Assembly (NCBI GenBank): GCA_964016885.1
Contig: OZ024740.1
Location: 417,880,001-417,944,000, forward strand
Reading direction: 5' to 3'
DNA length: 64,000 nucleotides
From: Eledone cirrhosa
Lineage: Eukaryota
The notes under the pieces were generated by a model, which worked only from the letters and a program-made list of their open reading frames with translations, was not told the DNA's origin and made no database searches. Positions 53,001 to 64,000 of this stretch are shown here, piece by piece; position 1 is the stretch's first letter, and every line of letters begins with the position of its first letter. The translations under genes were made by a program, and so were the position numbers.

Positions 53001-56000
53001 TGGAGGTGTCTATATCCCTGACATGACCAACACCATAGAAAGAGGTGGAGGTGTCTACATCCCTGATATGACCAACACCATAGAAAGAGGTGGAGGTGTC
53101 TACATCCCTGACATGACCAACACCATAGAAAGAGGTGGAGGTGTCTACATCCCTGACATGACCAACACCATAGAAAGAGGTGGAGATGTCTACATCCCCG
53201 ACATGACCAACACCATAGAAAGAGGTGGAGGTGTCTACATCCCTGACATGACCAACACCATAGAAAGAGGTGGAGGTGTCTACATCCCTGACATGACCAA
53301 CACCATAGAAAGAGGTGGAGGTGTCTACATCCCTGACATGACCAACACCATAGAAAGAGGTGGAGGTGTCTACAATCCCGACATGACCAACACCATAGAA
53401 AGAGGTGGAGGTGTCTATATCCCTGACATGACCAACACCATAGAAAGAGGTGGAGGTGTCTACATCCCTGATATGACCAACACCATAGAAAGAGGTGGAG
53501 GTGTCTACATCCCTGACATGACCAACACCATAGAAAGAGGTGGAGGTGTCTACATCCCTGACATGACCAACACCATAGAAAGAGGTGGAGGTGTCTACAT
53601 CCCTGACATGACCAACACCATAGAAAGAGGTGGAGGTGTCTACATCCCTGACATGACCAACACCATAGAAAGAGGTGGAGGTGTCTACATCCCTGACATG
53701 ACCAACACCATAGAAAGAGGTGGAGGTGTCTACAATCCTGACATGACCAACACCATAGAAAGAGGTGGAGGTGTCTACATCCCTGACATGACCAACACCA
53801 TAGAAAGAGGTGGAGGTGTCTACATCCCTGACATGACCAACACCATAGAAAGAGGTGGAGGTGTCTACATCCCTGACATGACCAACACCATAGAAAGAGG
53901 TGGAGGTGTCTACATCCCTGACATGACCAACACCATAGAAAGAGGTGGAGGTGTCTACATCCCTGACATGACCAACACCATAGAAAGAGGTGGAGGTGTC
54001 TACAATCCTGACATGACCAACACCATAGAAAGAGGTGGAGGTGTCTACATCCCTGACATGACCAAAACCATAGAAAGAGGTGGAGGTGTCTACATCCCTG
54101 ATATGACCAACACCATAGAAAGAGGTGGAGGTGTCTACATCCCCGACATGACCAACACCATAGAAAGAGGTGGAGATGTCTACATCGCTGACATGACCAA
54201 CACCATAGAAAGAGGTGGAGGTGTCTACATCCCTGACATGACCAACAACAGAGAAAGAGGTGGATGTGTCTACAATCCTGACATGACCAACACCATAGAA
54301 AGAGGTGGAGGTGTCTACATCCCTGACATGACCAACACCATAGAAAGAGGTGGAGGTGTCTATAATCCTGACATGACCAACACCATAGAAAGAGGTGGAG
54401 GTGTCTACAATCCTGACATGACCAACACCATAGAAAGAGGTGGAGGTGTCTACAATCCCGACATGACCAACACCATAGAAAGAGGTGGATGTGTCTACAT
54501 CCCCGACATGACCAACACCATAGAAAGAGGTGGGGGTGTCTACATCCCTGACATGACCAACACCATAGAAAGAGGTGGAGGTGTCTACATCCCTGACATG
54601 ACCAACACCATAGAAAGAGGTGGAGGTGTCTACATCCCTGACATGACCAACACCATAGAAAGAGGTGGAGGTGTCTACATCCCTGACATGACCAACACCA
54701 TAGAAAGAGGTGGAGGTGTCTACATCCCCGACATGACCAACACCATAGAAAGAGTTGGAGGTGTCTACATCCCTGACATGACCAACACCATAGAAAGAGG
54801 TGGATGTGTCTACATCCCCGACATGACCAACACCATAGAAAGAGGTGGAGGTGTCTACATCCCTGACATGACCAACACCATAGAAAGAGGTGGAGGTGTC
54901 TACATCCCTGACATGACCAACACCATAGAAAGAGGTGGAGGTGTCTACATCCCTGACATGACCAACACCATAGAAAGAGGTGGAGGTGTCTACAATCCTG
55001 ACATGACCAACACCATAGAAAGAGGTGGAGGTGTCTACAATCCTGACATGACCAACACCATAGAAAGAGGTGGAGGTGTCTACATCCTCGAAATGACCAA
55101 CACCATAGAAAGAGGTGGAGGTGTCTACATCCCTGACATGACCAACACCATAGAAAGAGGTGGAGGTGTCTACAATCCTGACATGACCAACACCATAGAA
55201 AGAGGTGGAGGTGTCTACATCCCCGACATGACCAACACCATAGAAAGAGGTGGAGGTGTCTACAATCCTGACATGACCAACACCATAGAAAGAGGTGGAG
55301 GTGTCTACATCCCTGACATGACCAACACCATAGAAAGAGGTGGAGGTGTCTACATCCCTGACATGACCAACACCATAGAAAGAGGTGGAGGTGTCTACAT
55401 CCCTGACATGACCAACACCATAGAAAGAGGTGGAGGTGTCTACATCCCTGACATGACCAACACCATAGAAAGAGGTGGAGGTGTCTACATCCCTTACATG
55501 ACCAACACCATAGAAAGAGGTGGAGGTGTCTACATCCCTGACATGACCAACACCATAGAAAGAGGTGGAGGTGTCTACATCCCTGACATGACCAACACCA
55601 TAGAAAGAGGTGGAGGTGTCTACATCCCTTACATGACCAACACCATAGAAAGAGGTGGAGGTGTCTACATCCCTGACATGACCAACACCATAGAAAGAGG
55701 TGGAGGTGTCTACAATCCTGACATGACCAACACCATAGAAAGAGGTGGAGGTGTCTACAATCCTGACATGACCAACACCATAGAAAGAGGTGGAGGTGTC
55801 TACATCCTCGAAATGACCAACACCATAGAAAGAGGTGGAGGTGTCTACATCCCTGACATGACCAACACCATAGAAAGAGGTGGAGGTGTCTACAATCCTG
55901 ACATGACCAACACCATAGAAAGAGGTGGAGGTGTCTACATCCCCGACATGACCAACACCATAGAAAGAGGTGGAGGTGTCTACAATCCTGACATGACCAA

Positions 56001-59000
56001 CACCATAGAAAGAGGTGGAGGTGTCTACATCCCTGACATGACCAACACCATAGAAAGAGGTGGAGGTGTCTACATCCCTGACATGACCAACACCATAGAA
56101 AGAGGTGGAGGTGTCTACATCCCTGACATGACCAACACCATAGAAAGAGGTGGAGGTGTGTACATCCCTGACATGACCAACACCATAGAAAGAGGTGGAG
56201 GTGTCTACATCCCTTACATGACCAACACCATAGAAAGAGGTGGAGGTGTCTACATCCCTGACATGACCAACACCATAGAAAGAGGTGGAGGTGTCTACAT
56301 CCCTGACATGACCAACACCATAGAAAGAGGTGGAGGTGTCTACATCCCTTACATGACCAACACCATAGAAAGAGGTGGAGGTGTCTACATCCCTTACATG
56401 ACCAACACCATAGAAAGAGGTGGAGGTGTCTACAATCCCGACATGACCAACACCATAGAAAGAGGTGGAGGTGTCTATATCCCTGACATGACCAACACCA
56501 TAGAAAGAGGTGGAGGTGTCTACATCCCTGACATGACCAACACCATAGAAAGAGGTGGAGGTGTCTACATCCCTTACATGACCAACACCATAGAAAGAGG
56601 TGGAGGTGTCTACATCACTGACATGACCAACACCATAGAAAGAGGTGGAGGTGTCTACATCCCTGACATGACCAACACCATAGAAAGAGGTGGAGGTGTC
56701 TACATCCCTGACATGACCAACACCATAGAAAGAGGTGGAGGTGTCTACATCCCTGATATGACCAACACCATAGAAAGAGGTGGAGGTGTCTACATCCCCG
56801 ACATGACCAACACCATAGAAAGAGGTGGAGATGTCTACATCGCTGACATGACCAACACCATAGAAAGAGGTGGAGGTGTCTACATCCCTGACATGACCAA
56901 CAACAGAGAAAGAGGTGGAGGTGTCTACATCCCTGACATGACCAACACCATAGAAAGAGGTGGATGTGTCTATAATCCTGACATGACCAACACCATAGAA
57001 AGAGGTGGATGTGTCTACATCCCCGACATGACCAACACCATAGAAAGAGGTGGAGGTGTCTATAATCCTGACATGACCAACACCATAGAAAGAGGTGGAG
57101 GTGTCTACAATCCTGACATGACCAACACCATAGAAAGAGGTGGAGGTGTCTACAATCCCGACATGACCAACACCATAGAAAGAGGTGGATGTGTCTACAT
57201 CCCCGACATGACCAACACCATAGAAAGAGGTGGAGGTGTCTACATCCCTGACATGACCAACACCATAGAAAGAGGTGGAGGTGTCTACATCCCTGACATG
57301 ACCAACACCATAGAAAGAGGTGGAGGTGTCTACAATCCTGACATGACCAACACCATAGAAAGAGGTGGAGGTGTCTACATCCCTGACATGACCAACACCA
57401 TAGAAAGAGGTGGAGGTGTCTACATCCCCGACATGACCAACACCATAGAAAGAGTTGGAGGTGTCTACATCCCTGACATGACCAACACCATAGAAAGAGG
57501 TGGATGTGTCTACATCCCCGACATGACCAACACCATAGAAAGAGGTGGAGGTGTCTACATCCCTGACATGACCAACACCATAGAAAGAGGTGGAGGTGTC
57601 TACATCCCTGACATGACCAACACCATAGAAAGAGGTGGAGGTGTCTACATCCCTGACATGACCAACACCATAGAAAGAGGTGGAGGTGTCTACAATCCTG
57701 ACATGACCAACACCATAGAAAGAGGTGGAGGTGTCTACAATCCTGACATGACCAACACCATAGAAAGAGGTGGAGGTGTCTACATCCTCGAAATGACCAA
57801 CACCATAGAAAGAGGTGGAGGTGTCTACATCCCTGACATGACCAACACCATAGAAAGAGGTGGAGGTGTCTACAATCCTGACATGACCAACACCATAGAA
57901 AGAGGTGGAGGTGTCTACATCCCCGACATGACCAACACCATAGAAAGAGGTGGAGGTGTCTACAATCCTGACATGACCAACACCATAGAAAGAGGTGGAG
58001 GTGTCTACATCCCTGACATGACCAACACCATAGAAAGAGGTGGAGGTGTCTACATCCCTGACATGACCAACACCATAGAAAGAGGTGGAGGTGTCTACAT
58101 CCCTGACATGACCAACACCATAGAAAGAGGTGGAGGTGTCTACATCCCTGACATGACCAACACCATAGAAAGAGGTGGAGGTGTCTACATCCCTTACATG
58201 ACCAACACCATAGAAAGAGGTGGAGGTGTCTACATCCCTGACATGACCAACACCATAGAAAGAGGTGGAGGTGTCTACATCCCTGACATGACCAACACCA
58301 TAGAAAGAGGTGGAGGTGTCTACATCCCTTACATGACCAACACCATAGAAAGAGGTGGAGGTGTCTACATCCCTTACATGACCAACACCATAGAAAGAGG
58401 TGGAGGTGTCTACAATCCCGACATGACCAACACCATAGAAAGAGGTGGATGTGTCTATATCCCTGACATGACCAACACCATAGAAAGAGGTGGAGGTGTC
58501 TACATCCCTGACATGACCAACACCATAGAAAGAGGTGGAGGTGTCTACATCCCTTACATGACCAACACCATAGAAAGAGGTGGAGGTGTCTACATCCCTG
58601 ACATGACCAACACCATAGAAAGAGGTGGAGGTGTCTACATCCCTGACATGACCAACACCATAGAAAGAGGTGGAGGTGTCTACATCCCTTACATGACCAA
58701 CACCATAGAAAGAGGTGGAGGTGTCTACATCCCTTACATGACCAACACCATAGAAAGAGGTGGAGGTGTCTACATCCCTTACATGACCAACACCATAGAA
58801 AGAGGTGGAGGTGTCTACACTCCCGACATGACCAACACCATAGAAAGAGGTGGATGTGTCTATATCCCTGACATGACCAACACCATAGAAAGAGGTGGAG
58901 GTGTCTACATCCCTGATATGACCAACAACATAGAAAGAGGTGGAGGTGTCTACATCCCTGACATGACCAACACCATAGAAAGAGGTGGAGGTGTCTACAT

Positions 59001-62000
59001 CCCTGACATGACCAACACCATAGAAAGAGGTGGAGATGTCTACATCCCCGACATGACCAACACCATAGAAAGAGGTGGAGGTGTCTACATCCCTGACATG
59101 ACCAACACCATAGAAAGAGGTGGAGGTGTCTACATCCCTGACATGACCAACACCATAGAAAGAGGTGGAGGTGTCTACATCCCTGACATGACCAACACCA
59201 TAGAAAGAGGTGGAGGTGTCTACATCCCTGACATGACCAACACCATAGAAAGAGGTGGAGGTGTCTACATCCCTGACATGACCAACACCATAGAAAGAGG
59301 TGGAGGTGTCTACATCCCTGACATGACCAACACCATAGAAAGAGGTGGAGGTGTCTACATCCCTGACATGACCAACACCATAGAAAGAGGTGGAGGTGTC
59401 TACATCCCTGACATGACCAACACCATAGAAAGAGGTGGAGGTGTCTACAATCCTGACATGACCAACACCATAGAAAGAGGTGGAGGTGTCTACATCCCTG
59501 ACATGACCAACACCATAGAAAGAGGTGGAGGTGTCTACATCCCTGACATGACCAACACCATAGAAAGAGGTGGAGGTGTCTACATCCCTGACATGACCAA
59601 CACCATAGAAAGAGGTGGAGGTGTCTACATCCCTGACATGACCAACACCATAGAAAGAGGTGGAGGTGTCTACATCCCTGACATGACCAACACCATAGAA
59701 AGAGGTGGAGGTGTCTACAATCCTGACATGACCAACACCATAGAAAGAGGTGGAGGTGTCTACATCCCTGACATGACCAACACCATAGAAAGAGGTGGAG
59801 GTGTCTACATCCCTGATATGACCAACACCATAGAAAGAGGTGGAGGTGTCTACATCCCCGACATGACCAACACCATAGAAAGAGGTGGAGATGTCTACAT
59901 CGCTGACATGACCAACACCATAGAAAGAGGTGGAGGTGTCTACATCCCTGACATGACCAACAACAGAGAAAGAGGTGGATGTGTCTACAATCCTGACATG
60001 ACCAACACCATAGAAAGAGGTGGAGGTGTCTACATCCCTGACATGACCAACACCATAGAAAGAGGTGGAGGTGTCTACATCCCTGACATGACCAACACCA
60101 TAGAAAGAGGTGGAGGTGTCTACATCCTCGACATGACCAACACCATAGAAAGAGGTGGAGGTGTCTACATCCCCGACATGACCAACACCATAGAAAGAGG
60201 TGGAGGTGTCTACAATCCTGACATGACCAACACCATAGAAAGAGGTGGAGGTGTCTACATCCCTGACATGACCAACACCATAGAAAGAGGTGGAGGTGTC
60301 TATAATCCTGACATGACCAACACCATAGAAAGAGGTGGAGGTGTCTACAATCCTGACATGACCAACACCATAGAAAGAGGTGGAGGTGTCTACAATCCCG
60401 ACATGACCAACACCATAGAAAGAGGTGGATGTGTCTACATCCCCGACATGACCAACACCATAGAAAGAGGTGGAGGTGTCTACATCCCTGACATGACCAA
60501 CACCATAGAAAGAGGTGGAGGTGTCTACATCCCTGACATGACCAACACCATAGAAAGAGGTGGAGGTGTCTACATCCCTGACATAACCAACACCATAGAA
60601 AGAGGTGGAGGTGTCTACATCCCTGACATGACCAACACCATAGAAAGAGGTGGAGGTGTCTACAATCCTGACATGACCAACACCATAGAAAGAGGTGGAG
60701 GTGTCTACATCCCTGACATGACCAACACCATAGAAAGAGGTGGAGGTGTCTACATCCCCGACATGACCAACACCATAGAAAGAGGTGGAGGTGTCTACAT
60801 CCCTGACATGACCAACACCATAGAAAGAGGTGGATGTGTCTACATCCCCGACATGACCAACACCATAGAAAGAGGTGGAGGTGTCTACATCCCTGACATG
60901 ACCAACACCATAGAAAGAGGTGGAGGTGTCTACATCCCTGACATGACCAACACCATAGAAAGAGGTGGAGGTGTCTACATCCCTGACATGACCAACACCA
61001 TAGAAAGAGGTGGAGGTGTCTACAATCCTGACATGACCAACACCATAGAAAGAGGTGGAGGTGTCTACAATCCTGACATGACCAACACCATAGAAAGAGG
61101 TGGAGGTGTCTACATCCTCGAAATGACCAACACCATAGAAAGAGGTGGAGGTGTCTACATCCCTGACATGACCAACACCATAGAAAGAGGTGGAGGTGTC
61201 TACAATCCTGACATGACCAACACCATAGAAAGAGGTGGAGGTGTCTACATCCCCGACATGACCAACACCATAGAAAGAGGTGGAGGTGTCTACAATCCTG
61301 ACATGACCAACACCATAGAAAGAGGTGGAGGTGTCTACATCCCTGACATGACCAACACCATAGAAAGAGGTGGAGGTGTCTACATCCCTGACATGACCAA
61401 CACCATAGAAAGAGGTGGAGGTGTCTACATCCCTGACATGACCAACACCATAGAAAGAGGTGGAGGTGTCTACATCCCTGACATGACCAACACCATAGAA
61501 AGAGGTGGAGGTGTCTACATCCCTTACATGACCAACACCATAGAAAGAGGTGGAGGTGTCTACATCCCTGACATGACCAACACCATAGAAAGAGGTGGAG
61601 GTGTCTACATCCCTGACATGACCAACACCATAGAAAGAGGTGGAGGTGTCTACATCCCTTACATGACCAACACCATAGAAAGAGGTGGAGGTGTCTACAT
61701 CCCTTACATGACCAACACATAGAAAGAGGTGGAGGTGTCTACAATCCCGACATGACCAACACCATAGAAAGAGGTGGATGTGTCTATATCCCTGACATGA
61801 CCAACACCATAGAAAGAGGTGGAGGTGTCTACATCCCTGACATGACCAACACCATAGAAAGAGGTGGAGGTGTCTACATCCCTTACATGACCAACACCAT
61901 AGAAAGAGGTGGAGGTGTCTACATCCCTGACATGACCAACACCATAGAAAGAGGTGGAGGTGTCTACATCCCTGACATGACCAACACCATAGAAAGAGGT

Positions 62001-64000
62001 GGAGGTGTCTACATCCCTTACATGACCAACACCATAGAAAGAGGTGGAGGTGTCTACATCCCTGACATGACCAACACCATAGAAAGAGGTGGAGGTGTCT
62101 ACATCCCTTACATGACCAACACCATAGAAAGAGGTGGAGGTGTCTACATCCCTGACATGACCAACACCATAGAAAGAGGTGGAGGTGTCTACATCCCTGA
62201 CATGACCAACACCATAGAAAGAGGTGGAGGTGTCTACATCCCTTACATGACCAACACCATAGAAAGAGGTGGAGGTGTCTACATCCCTGACATGACCAAC
62301 ACCATAGAAAGAGGTGGAGGTGTCTACATCCCTGACATGACCAACACCATAGAAAGAGGTGGAGGTGTCTACATCCCTGACATGACCAACACCATAGAAA
62401 GAGGTGGAGGTGTCTACATCCCTGACATGACCAACACCATAGAAAGAGGTGGAGGTGTCTACATCCCTTACATGACCAACACCATAGAAAGAGGTGGAGG
62501 TGTCTACATCCCTTACATGACCAACACCATAGAAAGAGGTGGAGGTGTCTACATCCCTGACATGACCAACACCATAGAAAGAGGTGGAGGTGTCTACATC
62601 CCTTACATGACCAACACCATAGAAAGAGGTGGAGGTGTCTACATCCCTGACATGACCAACACCATAGAAAGAGGTGGAGGTGTCTACATCCCTTACATGA
62701 CCAACACCATAGAAAGAGGTGGAGGTGTCTACATCCCTGACATGACCAACACCATAGAAAGAGGTGGAGGTGTCTACATCCCTTACATGACCAACACCAT
62801 AGAAAGAGGTGGAGGTGTCTACATCCCTGACATGACCAACACCATAGAAAGAGGTGGAGGTGTCTACATCCCTTACATGACCAACACCATAGAAAGAGGT
62901 GGAGGTGTCTACATCCCTGACATGACCAACACCATAGAAAGAGGTGGAGGTGTCTACATCCCTTACATGACCAACACCATAGAAAGAGGTGGAGGTGTCT
63001 ACATCCCTTACATGACCAACACCATAGAAAGAGGTGGAGGTGTCTACATCCCTGACATGACCAACACCATAGAAAGAGGTGGAGGTGTCTACATCCCTTA
63101 CATGACCAACACCATAGAAAGAGGTGGAGGTGTCTACACTCCCGACATGACCAACACCATAGAAAGAGGTGGATGTGTCTATATCCCTGACATGACCAAC
63201 ACCATAGAAAGAGGTGGAGGTGTCTACATCCCTGACATGACCAACACCATAGAAAGAGGTGGAGGTGTCTACATCCCTGACATGACCAACACCATAGAAA
63301 GAGGTGGAGGTGTCTACATCCCTGACATGACCAACACCATAGAAAGAGGTGGAGGTGTCTACATCCCTGACATGACCAACACCATAGAAAGAGGTGGAGG
63401 TGTCTACAATCCTGACATGACCAACACCATAGAAAGAGGTGGAGGTGTCTACATCCCTGACATGACCAACACCATAGAAAGAGGTGGAGGTGTCTACATC
63501 CCTGACATGACCAACACCATAGAAAGAGGTGGAGGTGTCTACATCCCTGACATGACCAACACCATAGAAAGAGGTGGAGGTGTCTACATCCCTGACATGA
63601 CCAACACCATAGAAAGAGGTGGAGGTGTCTACATCCCTGACATGACCAACACCATAGAAAGAGGTGGAGGTGTCTACAATCCTGACATGACCAACACCAT
63701 AGAAAGAGGTGGAGGTATCTACATCCCTGACATGACCAACACCATAGAAAGAGGTGGAGGTGTCTACATCCCTGATATGACCAACACCATAGAAAGAGGT
63801 GGAGGTGTCTACATCCCCGACATGACCAACACCATAGAAAGAGGTGGAGATGTCTACATCGCTGACATGACCAACACCATAGAAAGAGGTGGAGGTGTCT
63901 GCATCCCTGACATGACCAACAACAGAGAAAGAGGTGGATGTGTCTACAATCCTGACATGACCAACACCATAGAAAGAGGTGGAGGTGTCTACATCCCTGA
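38025..64000. repeat. 45-bp satellite, ~577 copies, extending beyond the window
   Basis: Consensus gtctacatccctgacatgaccaacaccatagaaagaggtggaggt; only three 1-bp deletions (~46763, ~47618, ~61718) break the phase. Confidence 0.98.

Noticed and set aside
42181-61720. Cys/His-rich zinc-finger-like ORFs (LHLFLWCWSCQGCRH)n
   Set aside because: Third open frame of the satellite, broken by real stop variants (42181, 56615); spacing does not match C2H2 fingers
38025-64000. CRISPR array
   Set aside because: Contiguous tandem monomers with no unique spacers, no cas genes, eukaryotic context
38025-64000. Satellite-encoded hammerhead (monomer has CTGACATGA...GAAA)
   Set aside because: The box is CTGACATGA rather than CTGANGA, and the intervening ccaacaccata cannot form stem II

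Overview
AT-rich eukaryotic, repeat-saturated DNA with no recognisable host protein-coding gene. The SINE bodies and tails and the microsatellite load look cephalopod (Octopus-like); this is recognition from memory, not a search result. Positions 1-38 kb are a mosaic of decayed mobile elements: two Penelope-like retroelements (RT + GIY-YIG), a hAT transposase pseudogene, a non-autonomous hAT element with an 8-bp TSD, a complete-ended Helitron derivative, Tigger/mariner MITEs, RTE fragments, and tandem tRNA-derived SINE clusters. They are interleaved with microsatellites and a 5-kb 50/52-bp satellite with nested higher-order repeats. Positions 38,025-64,000 are one 45-bp satellite (~577 copies, running off the window) that is open in three reading frames and produces the giant ORFs in the track. 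The most notable unannotated signal is a set of type-I hammerhead ribozyme cores and remnants, each of different sequence and each next to a (TA)n tract. These are consistent with microsatellite-associated Penelope-type or retrozyme-like modules. Other notable items are a symmetric double-ended Helitron-like structure and the hairpin-plus-variable-linker design of the 45-bp monomer.
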